A stretch of 64,000 bases of DNA, taken from the human T2T-CHM13v2.0 reference genome, Homo sapiens. A model generated the notes under the pieces. The model was given only the letters and a program-made list of their open reading frames with translations, was not told the origin of the DNA and did no database searches. This document shows, in pieces, positions 1 to 14,679 of this stretch (within the stretch, counting starts at the first letter, position 1; the number at the start of each line of letters is the position of its first letter). The position numbers and the translations under genes were made by a program. The stretch lies in assembly GCF_009914755.1 (NCBI RefSeq), contig NC_060945.1; one strand, 5' to 3'.

Positions 1-2175
1 AGTTTTCAGATTTGTTCACATATATTTATAGCATTCTCTTAAAATTTTAATGTGTCTGTATTGTGCGTATAACAATATTTTTTCTCCCTGATTTCCTTAG
101 CTGAATTATAAGAATTTTTTAAAAACTTTTAAATAAAAACCTTCTAGATTTATCAATTCTACTAGTTTTTGCTTTACATTTTACTAATTTCTATGCCATA
201 TTTAATACTGCAGTATTTCTAATTTGTTGTTTTCTCTTTACTAGCTTATGTTATTAATTATCACAGTCTATCTTTCAGGATTACGTTATTTCAATTAGAG
301 TATAAGAACTTTTCAAGGTACCCTTTTGTGTTTCCATTACCAAAAATTGTGTTATTTTTGTCATAATTATTATTTTCAGTGTGTTATGAAAATTTCTCTC
401 CATTGTTGTTATTTTCATTTCAACAGCCAATTATGCTTTAAGGAGACTGAGATAATGATTTAGAATTGTATACATATAGGTAGTATTTTCTGTGCTCTTG
501 ATTCATTTATATGAATCCATATTTCTATACAGTATCATTTTCTTTTTGTCTGAAGGATTTCTTGTGACATTTATTGTGTGACAAGTCTTCTGGTAATGAA
601 TTCTTTCCTCTTTTACATATCTAATACTGCCTTTGTTTCATGTTTGTTGAACAGTTTTTTGATATAGAAGTCTATACTGATAGTTTATTTTTCCATTCAG
701 TAACTTAAAAGTTTTATTCCACCACCGTCTGTCTGACGTTATTTCTCATTAGAAATCTGCTGTGATCTAGTTCTATGTATATCAGTCTTTTTTTCTGAAT
801 TTAAAAAATTTCTCTTTATCACTACCTTGCACAATTTCATTTTAATGTGCTTTACATTCATTTTTTAAAATATTTTCTTGCAATTGGGTTTTTTTTTGAA
901 GCATTTGAAACTTTGTAGTTTTCACCAAATTTGGAATGTTTTCTGTTATTCTTTTTTTTTTTCCTTTTTCACCTCTCTTTTTTCTTTCTTTAGGAACTCT
1001 AATTTTATTTATTGTGGGCCACTTGAAGTTATACCAGTGACATTTTCTTTATTTGTTAAAAATTATATTTCCCATATTTTATTTTGAATAATTTCTATTG
1101 ATATTTTGAGGGTAATTATTTTTCAACTGCAATTTCTAAACTGTTGTTAATTTTATTTTCTGTATTATAGTTTTCATCTCTAAAAGTTTAATTTTTCATT
1201 TTTAATGTTTTCCAAGTTGCTAGATTTAGGCATTTGCAATACAGTTATAACAACAGTTTTAATGTTTGTTTTTATTGTCTGCTAATTCTAACATTTCTGT
1301 CATTTCTGGATAACCTTTGATTGATTGATACACCTCACCATTATGGAACAGAAAATATTTTTCTGTTTCTTTGCGTTTTTCTGTTTTTGTTTCTTTGTAT
1401 TTTTCTCTTTGTATTTTTCTTTGTATTGTTTCTTTGTATTTTTCTCCCATAAAAATGTGTTCTTTTCTCCCATAAAAAAGTGTTCTTTGTAGGATAACAC
1501 TTTGCGAATTTTTCCTTGTTTATGCTAGAACATTTTTATTTCTATAAATATTCTTGAAATTGGAATATGATTAACTTTCAAACAGTTTTATTTTTGGAGG
1601 CTTTTATTTTAAGGTCTGTTCAATGAGTACTCTCTGTGCTGAAGCTAGGATTAATATTCACCACTGCCGAGGTAAGATTTTCTATGCTTTTACCCAAGAC
1701 CCAATGCCTGTTGACTTTTTCCATCTGGATGGTGATATTCTTAGCTCTGTGCGCACCTGAGCACTGTCACTTGTAATTCATTGAGTTTGTTCTTCTCTAG
1801 GCCTTAGATAGTTTCCTCAAATGCATAAGCAGGTCATTACACAGATGAATACTCAAGGATACTCTCCTCTCTGGTCTCTATTCCAGATCAAGTCATCTTG
1901 ATCACCATGGTTTCTCAGCTTCATCTCTTCAACATAGAGATTCCTAGTCTCTGCCTATCTTCCCCTTCCCTGTGCTACAGCCAAGAGTCTCTCTTACTGC
2001 AGTAAGCTGGGTAATTAGGAGGCTGATTTTGTTTGTTTCTCGTCTCTCAGAGATCACTGTCCTTTACTGCCTATTTTTCAGTGGCTTGCTACTTTTTTTT
2101 CCACTTTATTGGTTATTTCAAGTAGGAAAATGAATCCAGCTCTGCTATTCCATCCTGGTTACAAATGGAGACCTA
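1..2175 (-). mobile_element. Ancient L1M/L1ME-type LINE, 5' UTR-ORF1 region, antisense
   Basis: T-rich tract with typical antisense old-L1 phrases (gtatcattttctttttgtctgaagga..., ctggtaatgaattctttc, cagtaagctggg...gtctctcagagatcactgtcct). Boundaries approximate. Confidence 0.7.
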
Positions 2176-2548
2176 TAATTCAATATGTCATTTTTAGTTA
2201 CCTTTTACTAAAATTAAATTTATTTATATGTAGGAATCTAATCTACATTATTTTGTTTTCTGCCAAATATCTGAGCAGTATATGTTGTCTCATCATCACA
2301 TTATTGAAACAATGCAGAATGCTATAGTGACTGACACTGGAAGAAGTGATTTCTGATCAATAAACTGCCAAAATCAACACCTTCTTGAGCACTACATGAA
2401 AGCAAATATTCCAAATGTCAGCATTTTATATACATGTGCCTTTTGCTTAAGTATATACATAGATTTGTTCTTTGTGCGTCCATTCTGTAATCTCCGAGGT
2501 AAAAATTGTGACAAATTAGAATTTTCAATAAAATATTTTAATAAAATA

Positions 2549-2837
<289 letters not shown>

Positions 2838-4149
2838 TTAATAAAATAAAAATTTAAGTCCCAGAATACTAACTTTTTTCACATCTTAAAATATCTCCTA
2901 ACTACTGTCTGGTTTTATGAAAATAATTTTATTTTGCTTATGATGTTAGATGATTGAAAAGAGTCAGTTGACTAACCAGAATTTTCAGTAAAACTCTTGT
3001 AATTCCAGTCAATTTTCAGTCTCTCCTTATGATCATATTAAGGAACACATTAAAGAGAATACACTTAGAAAAACACACCAAGCTTTTTGATATCTATGGT
3101 TTATAATTTTTAATGTTATATAATATTTAGTTTTATAGTCTGTATTATTTTATTGTTTAGAAATATAATTTGTTATTATTTAAATTTTTTGATTTATATT
3201 CTAAATGAAAGATTTTATTCAGAAATATTCTTTAAACATTTTCCGTTACCAAATTGGACTGGCTATAAAATGCCATTTGTTAGAATTCAGTTAGACGGTA
3301 TAAAGAAATCAGATAACAGAAATAAACACAAATTCATTTTCAACTAAGCATTCCTAGTTCTTAGTCAACATTACACATTCAAGCAAAATACATTTAAAAT
3401 ACATTCAAGCAAAAGTATTAAAATGAGATTCCTAGGTTTTTTTAAAAAACAGAGTGTTAACTTTTCTTACTACAGTATCTTAGCATTGACATATACTCTA
3501 TGGTCAACTAATTGATGTCGTACCTTCTGTGTGTGAGTGATAAGAGAAATCTTAATAATATATTTACAAAATTGGCCACCATGACTTATTTTAGGCAAAA
3601 GAATTAGAAAAACACACAAAATTGAAATGAACATTTTCAAAGAGTCACAGACTTAATAGATTATTATTATTTTATAAATTACAAGTTATGTTTATAAATG
3701 TATTACATGTTATAGCAATAACAATACCTAGGTACTTAAAAGTATCCTTCTCCCCTTTAATTCTACTCTCCCCATTATCACCAATCAGAGATTATTACTA
3801 TTAAAATATTCAGTGTGTCTACATACAATCTTCATACAGTTGGTTAAAAATATAGAGAGACTAATATAAAGCTCTTAGATGTCAAAATATAAGGTAATAA
3901 TATCTTCTGCATAAGTTTAAAATATCTACCTCATAAAGTGGTTGAAAAAATCAAGTGAGTTAATATTTTCAAAATCTTGTCATAGCCCCAATCGCCTTTT
4001 TAAAGTTTTGCATGTTATTTCACCTATTGGGATACTTATGCATTTATTTCTATGGAGTCAGAAAAGCTGAATCACTGCATCACATTTATATGTTAATAGA
4101 CACTGTCCCAGCACCCCTGATGTGTCTGCCTGCTAAGAAAGACAGTGGG

Positions 4150-5770
4150 AAGTGCTTTATTTGAACTGAGTTCTCTGATTTCAATGGAGATTATGGAATC
4201 CCAAGGCAGCCCCAAGGTGGCGGGAGGTAAGAGTAAACATTAAATTGTCAGAAGCAAGATGAATGTGACTACTGTAATAGGAAACAGATCACAGCTGTAA
4301 TCAGAATGGTTTTACCCATTTATATTTTTGCATTGCCTAATTAATCATGGGAAATCTATGAAATCATTATCGAAAACAACAAAACAGTCCTAACAATACT
4401 AACTAAAAGTTGCTTGATTTGTATAGTGAAAAATTTTTAGTAATGGTGCATTACCAATAGAAAGTCACAACCCAGTTCCCAGAGTAGAAGCTTATCATAT
4501 CCCTACAAAAATCTTTTGAGTAAAGAGGAAGGTGACTACCCTTGAACAAGAACCCCACACTGTCTCCCCACCCCCAAATTGTAATATGTATCTTCCTTCC
4601 AATTTTTCCCAAAGTAGTCTTTGACCATTTACTATGTAATAGGGTAGGAAATATAACAAATTTGGTGGGAATTCACTAATAGCGAATTGACAATCATTCC
4701 TGGTGATTTAAGAATATGGGCTAATGGAATTAAAGTACTCAATGGAGCTTTGGTTCCTGGTGGTAACAGTGAGTCCAAAAACACATTGTGTGTTTATTTC
4801 CTCACGTCTAGAATGTATAGCTTCTATAGATATGCCCAACATTAGTCAGAAATTAAGCAATTAGCTCTGACTCTGGGAATTCACTAGTCTTTTTCTTATC
4901 ACCCTAAGTTGGGATGACTAATAACACAGCATCCCTTATCTAACAACAAGCCTTGAAGTCTCATATCTAGAACCATCTAGTGATTAATACAGTGTGTGAT
5001 TCCGTTAATGTCCACCAAGATGTGGTCTTTGTTCTGAATTAGTGACCAAATATTAATATGTTGCTGTTTTCCCAGGGCCTGAATTCACATGTCTGATAAT
5101 CAAAGGTAAGAAATGTAAGCAGCTAACTTTCTATTAACCATAATGATCTATCAATAATGATCTATCCATTTTTTTCTTCCCTTCATACAGCGCTTGCTGA
5201 TTTTAGAGACCTTAGCTGAAAATACCACATGGTCCCTTTGAACTGAACAGGAAACAAGTACAAAGAAGAAGGTTACTAGTTGAGCTAATTAATTCTGACC
5301 CCAAATAAGGGAAGGAAGAGATTTTGTAGTACATCTCTTTGTACTTCTGTTTACTTTGATATGATTTTATAGAAAATCAATCACATCAAATGATACAGAA
5401 TGAGCTATCAATTTCTCAGACATTTCTAGAAAGAAGTTTTGGGTCACCCCCAAAGGAAGCCACCATAATCAACAGAATTGCTTGGTAGAAAATGAAATTT
5501 ATAAATACTGGTTAAAACTATATGACCTCATACCAAAATGATGGCCATAGGAGTTATAGTCATTTTTTTCTCACTTTGATATTAATTTATATTAATGTTA
5601 TATATATATATATATAGTATTTCCTTTCCTGTTTTTTTCCAATTCTCTTACTATATAAGGGAATATGAACAGCTGTCAGTAGGTTATCTTGAATTTCAGT
5701 ATTTAATTTATAGGCACACAAGACAGAATGTGACTCCAAATAAGTATGAACACCTTTTAAAGATGGATAA
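4150..5770 (+). mobile_element. Highly deleted ERVL internal remnant (gag/pro to dUTPase/3' region)
   Basis: ERVL-like phrases: cagaagcaagatgaatgtgactactgtaat, ccagttcccaga...cccttgaacaagaacccc, a degenerate dUTPase-region stretch at ~5220-5315, and gggtcacccc...ataaatactgg. No intact ORF. Confidence 0.6.
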
Positions 5771-5966
5771 AGTGTTGGTCAAATCTTTAATAATTCGTCC
5801 AAATTTAAAATGGGAAAAAAAGGCATTTGTATTATTTTCCAATTTCCATTGTGTCAATACTCTAATTTCAGTTTGTTAATGTGATGTCACTGCATGAAAA
5901 TTTGGTATAAGATGCACAATATTAGCTCCTATGAATCAATGTAATACAGCTCCAACACAACACTGT
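5770..5966. mobile_element. MER63-like hAT-Blackjack MITE
   Basis: Matches recalled MER63 (gtgtcaatactc...gtgatgtcactg...ctccaacacaacactg terminus). Confidence 0.6.
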
Positions 5967-5984
5967 AAAGATGACCAAGCTAAT

Positions 5985-6350
5985 ATCATCTCTTCCACAC
6001 GTTCTTTTTATGATGTGACTGATATTCCTCCCCCTGAGGATTGGGCTCTTTCTTTTTCTTTTTTTTTCTGTGAGTTCATGACCCCCAAAAATTAATCTTA
6101 TGTAATATGCTATGCTGGGTCACAAAAGACAATTCAGCTCCTTTCTGGATCTCTTTGTTTTCTCACGGATCAACTGCAGCAACCACTTTTGTGAGAGACC
6201 CTAGGCAGCCATATGGGGAGGCTACATGTATATATTTTCACTGGTAGCCCCAGCTGAGTTCCCAGCTCAACCAACAGTCATGTGAGAGAATGAACCTTCA
6301 CAGGAGTCCAGCCCTTAGTCATGGGGTTCACTTTGGCCTTTGAGTGAATA
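5985..6350 (+). mobile_element. MLT1G/H-type MaLR LTR fragment
   Basis: gggtcacaaaagacaattcagc, ccctaggcagccatatggggaggc, agccccagctgagttcccagc. Confidence 0.7.
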
Positions 6351-9039
6351 GGCTACAATCACTCTCTCTACAACTAAAAATTGTATTTTGAAGGAACATT
6401 TACATACACTTAAATCATATCAAATCCAAACACATTATACCTAATTCCAACATTTGTACAGGAATAAATTATATATTCCAGAAATGTTTGACTACTATGA
6501 GATATGGAGCACCCATGGAGCCCATACTTGGCCATTCTTAAAATGTCTATATTGGAGTGTGGTGGAACTCTTTAAACAGCTTTTTACAACTGCTCCTGCC
6601 CTTTCCAGTGTTGAGTTTTTCAGCTCCAAATAGGCACCATTTGTGCTTTTGCCCCAACAATATTCCCTTATATGAATGACCATTAGAGAAAGAGTTGATA
6701 TCTGTGACAAGTATGACTTGACAGCAGGGTTAGTATAGTAAAATAAAATTGAGAAGTGTTGCCAATAAAAATAATGACAGAAGAGTCAAACAAGGAATTC
6801 TTACGTAAGCAGCTACCTGGGTTTCTCAAATACTGGGACTGGATATGATTTCAGAGTGAAAATAACTGGTACTGACAGAAAATATCCCATGGATATTTTG
6901 TTTTTCTATTTATTTTTTCTTGCAAAAAAAAAAGGCATTGATAGCCTCTTATAGTGGACTATCTTTTCAAAGATGTATAGCAAAGTGCCTGGAAAGATAG
7001 AAATAATGTCTCCCTCCAAAAGAAAAAAAAAATGACGTTTGCTTACTTTCTATTATAAAGTATTTAGTTTCCGTAAGTTCATTGGAACCCACTCTGTGTG
7101 TAGTCATAAACGTAGGCCCATTCACATTACCCTTGTGGAAGCTGGGACAAAGAGAATTGATATAATTATTCTGGTTCTCATGTGCCTGACTTACTGTGAA
7201 CAGCGCAGTCCTTTTCTCCAATCCACGAGCTTTGCGTCTTCTGCTATCTTCTATGAAGCTGTGGCAACTTATGTTGACTTGGAGATACAAATCTCAGAAC
7301 CTTCACCATTCTTGACAATTAGTGGTCCAGGATGAGTTGAAAACCTGGCAAATGTGATACTTTTACATGCTGCTATTAGAATGGTCTAATACTGAAGTTT
7401 TTAAAAAAAAATCCTTAGAAATTTACATTGCAGGAATTTATTGAACTGTATTTTAAAATATTGAGAGGGCACACTTTTCAGATTTCTATCTTCTCTGAAT
7501 TTTATAATCTTTGAAAATGTCTACTAAAACCTCATTAAATGCATGTTTATCTAAATAGTACTGAATTTAAAATTTTAAAATATAACCCTCCAGACTAATA
7601 ATTCATTGTCTAGGCAAACACGAGTATTAGCTATCATTCTAATTTGGTTTTCATCAATATTATTTTTGTTTCTTTGGGGTTTTAATTATGTTTCCAATCC
7701 ATTCCATCTTATTTAAAATTTACTTTACATCAATGTTTGTATACCATTTAAAATTGCACATTTTAAAACATCTGTTTCAATTAGGCTGTCTCTTATTACC
7801 ATATTTGCTGCAGCTGTTTCTATCATTGACTGACTGATACTAGAAGTTTATTTGGCTTAATTTTCCAATTTTTTTTTGTATTTTAGGATGAAATGCATTT
7901 TTAAACATTTAGATTAGGGCAAACATTTTCCCATTATTTTCTTTGTATCTTTGTTAGTTTATTCTTTGCTTGAAAGGAAGTAAGTAGTGTTGAGACAAGT
8001 TTATAAGGAAACACTAATTATGAGTGGAGACATATGGAAAGGGTTTTTACATGCTCAGTTGAAGGCAGAGGACTCGGCTGTGTCTTCCAGCACTGGACAA
8101 TGTCACTACTGTCAGGAATCTGAAAGCAGAGTACTTCACGCGCGAAGCCGAAAAATGGAAGCTATGTTCTTCCTCATTAGACAATACTCACTGCCCCATG
8201 CCTCCCCCACATCTTTTCTAAAAGTTTTATTTTCTATATGCTTGTTTAGAAATACTTCAGAAAGACCTAGACACAGACGTTGTCATATAAGCTACAGATT
8301 TTTTTACTTTGGATAATTGTGTCACTTTAGACCTAAAGGAGAAGCAAATGAATCAATGTGTTATTCACAGACTTCTAAATATTCTGGTAGTTCGTTACAT
8401 TACTCACATCTTTCCAAACCATAAAAAGGATTTTGGGATTTTTAGCCCTTTGTTGCTTGTATCTATTGAATATATTATGACATGATTTATTTCTTTCTAT
8501 CTATCCATCTATCTATCTATCATCTATCTACCTAGTATCTTGTTATTGAACCATTACTTAGGCCACATAAAATAAAAACATTTGGAATAAGTGAGACATT
8601 TAGTAGTTTTTTCATATTTGTAACTTTCTACTAGAAACATCCACAATAAGAAAATGTGTGTGGCACTTAAATGATGTTGCTTAATAGGCTAGAGAACTTT
8701 AAATCAATTTTACATCTAATATAGTTAAGCTCTTCACATGAATACTAAGTGAATTCTTATGCTCTCCACTTTGTGAAGGAAAAAGGCTGAAATTCAGAAA
8801 ATTTTACATGATCTATATTCCCAAAGTCACATACATACTAAATGATGGAAGCCAAACAGGAACCTTGGTCTTTAGACTTAAAACATAGCTTCCTTTCCTT
8901 TCATGTGCAAGTAATGAATATATCACATGTCTATTTTTGTGTAATTCACTTTATGTTTCTAATTGTAGCTTGATCAATATGTATTTTTAGTTGGTATAAG
9001 CATACAATGTCATAGAACAAATAAGCCCCAATCTTGAAT

Positions 9040-9235
9040 AGCAGAATAGGGTGACTATAGTAGTAACATTGTATAATTTATTTCCAAGTAGTTAGAAGAG
9101 AGGGCTTGAAATGTTACCAACACATGGTCATGGTTACCCCAAATGACCTGACTTGATCATTACATATTCTATGCTTATAACAAATACCACGTGTAACCCG
9201 TAAATATGTAAAATATTTTGCATCAGTAAAAAAAC
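9040..9235 (+). mobile_element. L1MA 3' end fragment
   Basis: agggtgactatag...tagaagagaggg...ctgacttgatcattaca...taaatatgta, followed by an A-tail. Confidence 0.8.
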
Positions 9236-11204
9236 TGTATTTGTCAATAGGCAAATAATTTTTACTCTCTAGTGTTCATTCTTTTATTCAGATACAAAAA
9301 AATTTGGATCAATGATTCTCTAGATTTCTTCCAATTTTAAGCTCCTAGTTGATACATTATTTTGTAGAACCAAATTTTCTTATGCAAAGACTCAGAATTT
9401 ACAGTTATATTAAGTAGATTATTGACACGTACTGATATGCATGTGAATATTAATATATCATTTTAAATATAACATATACCCTGTACATGTGTGTTATTTC
9501 TAATACCATTGCAGAAAATAAATTTTAGTCTTTCTACAGCAGTCTAAATTAGTCAAATTATTTTTTATTTGTTATATAAATGACCTCTTCACTCCATTTT
9601 CTTTTACTCAAACAATACTAACTTCAGGAAGAGTGAAATATTTAACTATAATTTAAGAAATTTCCAAATATAGTGGTAAATATTTCCTTATGTGGTCATT
9701 TTAAATTGATCTAGGAAGTTTTAACCCTTTTAATAATGGATATTTTATGACCTACTATAAAATTGTTCTGTCTAGTTACCGGATAGATTTTGCTAGAGAA
9801 TATTTTGGATAGAGCAACTGACTCTTGACGGTAAACATTTTGTTTGCTATTGCCTTTTTCTCTCATGCTTAAAAATTGTCAGACTTTTCTTGGCCATGAT
9901 AATAATGTTGTTAATAAAGTAAAAACCTAAGTAAAGTGTTTTAATAGATGAATTATAAATGATAGGGATGAGTATATAAAAGACTCTCTGGATTCTTTTG
10001 ATTTGGTCAATTAACAAAAATAAGGACATTTATGTTCGATATGTGCACCCTTTTATCTATCTTAATAGGAGTCTTTTTAGATATGTGGCAATTCTTTCCA
10101 TTTAGGTAGTTTATAATTGCCATAAAAACATTTTTGAGGTTTACATTTATGAAATATAAAATAAAAAAATCTTCTTATTCAAGTAAGAAAGGAAATAAAG
10201 GAAATTAATCATAGTAAGATATGGAAAAGATACTTGAAAAAGTTTATATGAATAGCTACACTAATTGCTGGGGCCATTCCTTGCTCACATAGCTATTTAT
10301 CAAAGACAGAATGATAAATATAAGCTATGGTTTATAACATTCTTTTGAAAATATTAAAATAAATAATTCATATTGTGCACAGATGTCTAAATGCAAGAGT
10401 ACTGCATTGTGTATTCAGAGATTTTTTTTCTTTATGAATTGGGTAGGATTTTACTGAACTAAGTATGCACAATACATTTTGATGAATTATTGATATGATT
10501 AAGTTTTAGGAGACTTTTAAACTATGAAAATCCTGCTAAACCATCAGAATAAATTTGAGTTAAGGAGTTTTAGTGTAACTTTTAAATGTGTAATTCACAA
10601 AACTATGGAATTTACACTCATGAGCTTATCATTCTATGGAAGGAAAAACGAGTGCTAGTAAACATCCGAACATCTTATCTTCTCTTTATTGTATGAACTC
10701 TGCACTTCTAAATTTGTTGATTCTATCAGCATGAAGTCTATTAAGCCGTTTTAATCTATTCTATACCTGATACTGCGAGTGGCACGCATCTAAGTGTACT
10801 TGAACCAGAATATTTGCATAGAAAAAAAAACTACTGCCCTTTTGCTTCTGGTTGATTTTTATCTTATTTTAACCAACAAAATATCGTAGTTTGTTGCTCA
10901 GATAGTCTGTAATAAGATGAACATTAGCAAGACTATGTTTCTAGAATTGATGATAATTGTTCCTAGATATGATGAAAAAAACACATTGAGAAAAATAACA
11001 TCAAATATTCAGAGAAGTCCCCACTATTTCCAAATTTGTTCTTGGACAAATTACTTGCAATATTACCTCTTTGCAAGTAGAGGTAGATAATTTCCTTAAT
11101 CTATGTCATAGAAATTCTTATCTTCACTCTCAGTAAATGGTATGGTTACAAATCAAGTAATAAATAGGGGCAATATTTTTTTATTTTTCTTCCATTTATT
11201 AGAG

Positions 11205-11425
11205 AAAGGACCAGAATTTTTTTCTGTAAATGGTCAGAGAGCAAATAATTTCAGCTATCTGAGCCATACAGTCTCTATAGAAACTACTCAACTCTTAATC
11301 TTGTAGCACCAAGGCAGTCTTAGGCAATGCCTAAAATGAGTGAGTGTGGCTGAATTCCAATAAAACTTTATTTACATGAACAAGTGAGTGGTCATATTTG
11401 TCCCAGACAGTTGTTTGCTAAGCTA
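11205..11425. mobile_element. MER58A hAT-Charlie MITE
   Basis: ttttctgtaaatggtcagagagcaaata...actactcaactc...gtggctgaattccaataaaactttatttac. Confidence 0.85.
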
Positions 11426-11595
11426 AGTCAAATATAAAATAAAATCTTCAAACACGCCTAAAGCATGAATACGCCAGGGATATGCAATCCCTGCAGACTG
11501 CTCTGGATGATGCACTTTTAAGTAAACCATTTTAGTAAAAACTACTTGGAGAAATGCTGGAGTTGTCACATGTTTGGACATAGTGAACAGGAAGG

Positions 11596-13220
11596 CAAAA
11601 GACTCAGAATAACCAAAGCAATCCTAAGCAAAAATAACAAAACTGGAGGAATCAGATTACCTGGTGTCAGATTATACTACAAAGCTATAGTAATTAAAAC
11701 AGCATTGTATTGGCATTAAAACAGATACATAGACCAATGGAACAGAATACACCAGGAAACAAGTTCACACGCCTACAGTGAACTCATTTTTGAAAATGGT
11801 GCCCAGAACATATACTGGGGAAAAGACAGCCTCTTAAATAAATGGTGCTGGAAAAACCAGATATCCATATGCAGAAGAATGCAACTAGAACCTTATTTAT
11901 CACCACTTATAAAAATCAAATCAAAACAGATAAAGACATATCTAAGACCTTAAACTATGAAACTATACAAGAAAACATTGGGAAAATTCTCCAGGACATT
12001 CGTTCGGGCAAAAATCTCTTAATACCCCACAAGCAGAGGCAACCAAAGCACAAAGGGATACGTGGGATCACATCAAGTTTAAAAGCTTCTGCACAGTAAA
12101 GGATACAATCAACAAAGTAAAAAGACAACCCACAGAATGGGAGAAAATGTTTTCAAACTACCCATCTGATGAGGGATTTATAACCAGAATATATAAGGAG
12201 CTCAAACAACTCTATGGGAAAAAAACTACTAATCTGATCAAAAAATGGGCAAATTATTTGAATAGGCATTTCAAAGGAAGACATACAAGTGGTAAACAGG
12301 TATATGAAAAGGTGCTCAACATCAGCGATCATCAGAGAAATGCAAATCTAAACTAGAATGAGATACAATCTCACCCTAGTTAAAACTGCTTATATTCAAA
12401 AGTCAGGCAATAACAAATGTTAGTGAGGTACAAGGGTACCCTTGTACACTGTTGGTGGGGATGTAAATTACTAACAACCACTATGGAGAATAGTTTGGAG
12501 GTTCCTCACAAAACTAAAAATTGAGCTACCATATAATCCAGCAATACCACTGCTGGATATATACCCCAAAGAAAGGAAATTGGTATGTGAAAGAGATTAT
12601 CTGCATTCCTATGTTTGTTTCAGCACTGTTTACAATAGCTAAGATTTGAAAGCAACCTAAGTGTCTACCAAAAGATAAATGGATAAAGGAAATGTGATAA
12701 CTATACACAATGAAGTACAATTCAGTCATTAAAAAGAATGAGATTCAGTCATTTCCAACAACGTGGATGGTACTAGAGATCATTATGTTAAGTGAAATAA
12801 GCCAGACACAGAAAGACAAATAACACATGTTCTCATTTATGTGTGAGATCTAAAAATCAAAACAATTGAACTCAGGGACATAGAAAGTAGAAGAGTGGTT
12901 ACCAGGGGCTGGCAATGCTTTTGGGGCTGGGGATGTGGGGTTGAGATGGTTAATTGCTGCAAAATCAAATCCTTAGAAAGAATGAATAAGACCTACTCTT
13001 TGGTAGCACAAAATGACTATAGTCAATAATAACTAAATTGTACATTTAAAAATAAAGAGTGTAATTGGATTGCTTGCATGTCAAAGGATTAATGCTTGAG
13101 GGGATGGATACCCCATTCTCCATGATGTGCTTATTTCACATTGCATGCCTGTATCAAAACATCCCATGTACCCTGTAATATATATACTTTGTAGCCAAAC
13201 ATTTATTAAAAAATAAATAA
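11596..13220 (+). mobile_element. 5'-truncated L1MA2-like LINE (ORF2 3' part and 3' UTR)
   Basis: Frameshifted ORF2 remnants (e.g. [19 protein letters not shown]) and an L1MA 3' UTR (gaggggatggataccccattctccatgatgtgcttatttcacattgcatgcc) ending in an A-rich tail. Confidence 0.92.
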
Positions 13221-13827
13221 TAGAAACTAGGAGTAATATTCTGTCAACATGCAATAATTTTAGTCTTCTAAATTTACAATACAACTGTGTCTGTGATACT
13301 AAATGTCTCATTGATTTCATTGAACTAATGCAAAACTCACAAAATCATATTATGCAAAATAATACAAATGTAGCATGAGGTTATAAGTTTATGTATTCAT
13401 CATTATTATTTTACACTTTAAATGAGGCATTTAATGCTATTGTTTCAAAATGAGAGCAAAAGTATGGTTCTAGTTGAGAAAATCAAATTGGATACCATAA
13501 GGATGCATTTGTTGAGAAGCTGTATCTTTCTGTATTCAGTGCCTTGGATAGTACTCACCATAGAATTATTAACATATGGGTTCTTTTTACGAAAAATTGG
13601 AAAGAGTAAGATGAACTAGGTAGCTATCAGAAATAATTTGATAAATGACAGGATAACAGCTACTTAGTAAAGTATTTGGCAATACCCTTTCCACTTCTGC
13701 AATCTAAAGTCATTTTTCATTTGTCATATTGTAGTATTTGGAAAATATCATGACAGCATATGATATTTGGTACATTATATGATATTTGATATATGAAAGT
13801 CAGCTGAAATATATATGTCAAAAATGT

Positions 13828-14100
13828 AAGGACAAAAAACCAAACTCCGCATGTTCTCACTCATAGGTGGGAATTGAACAATGAGAACACATGGACACAG
13901 GAAGGGGAACACCACACACCGGGGCCTGTTGTGGGGTGGGGCGAGGGGGGAGGGATAGCATTAGGAGATATACCTAATGTAAATGACGAGTTAATGGGTG
14001 CAGCACACCAACATGGCACATGTATACATATGTAACAAACCTGCACGTTGTGCACATGTACTCTAAAACTTCAAGTATGATAAAAAAATTATAAAGACAA
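13828..14100 (+). mobile_element. L1PA (L1PA3-5-like) 3' end, 5'-truncated
   Basis: Canonical primate L1 3' UTR with G-rich tract. TSD AAAAATGTAA at 13820-13829 and 14101-14110. Confidence 0.95.
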
Positions 14101-14679
14101 AAAAATGTAAACCTTCTGTTTCAAGTAATATAGAAGATACAGGATGACAGACAATATCAAAATTGGAGAAACAAAATAACAACATATTAAATTTTTGATA
14201 AAATAGAACAAACTTTTATTACATTTAACAAAGAATTAGCAAAAGAGTAAAAATGTCTTGGGACGCACAAACAAAAATAAAGCAAAAACCATGGGTTGGA
14301 AACAAACAACCCACCTATTCTCACACTGAGGACTTCTGACAGCTCCTGTGAAACTGAAGATTCTGAAATGATAGATGCACTAAACAGAGGAGACAGGAAG
14401 GAAATTCGCTGGCTAATAGAAAGTTTGGAATGTAATCTTACGAGAATCCCATATACGGCATTAACTCCAGATGATCACAGTCATAATTGGGGGATAATTT
14501 AAATAAGCCTCACTATACAGTAAAGAATAGCAAAGAAAATTACCTGAATGCAACACTAGGTAGAGGATCTCACATACCCACAGAAATGAACATATGTTTG
14601 TAATCACTTAGTAGAAACCAACACATAGATGGTTAACATGAATAAGTTCATGGCAGTAAATATAAAAACTTATAAGAAA

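Noticed and set aside
6967-7335. Overlapping ~100-aa ORFs on both strands
   Set aside because: No recognisable protein features; probably an unidentified old LTR fragment.
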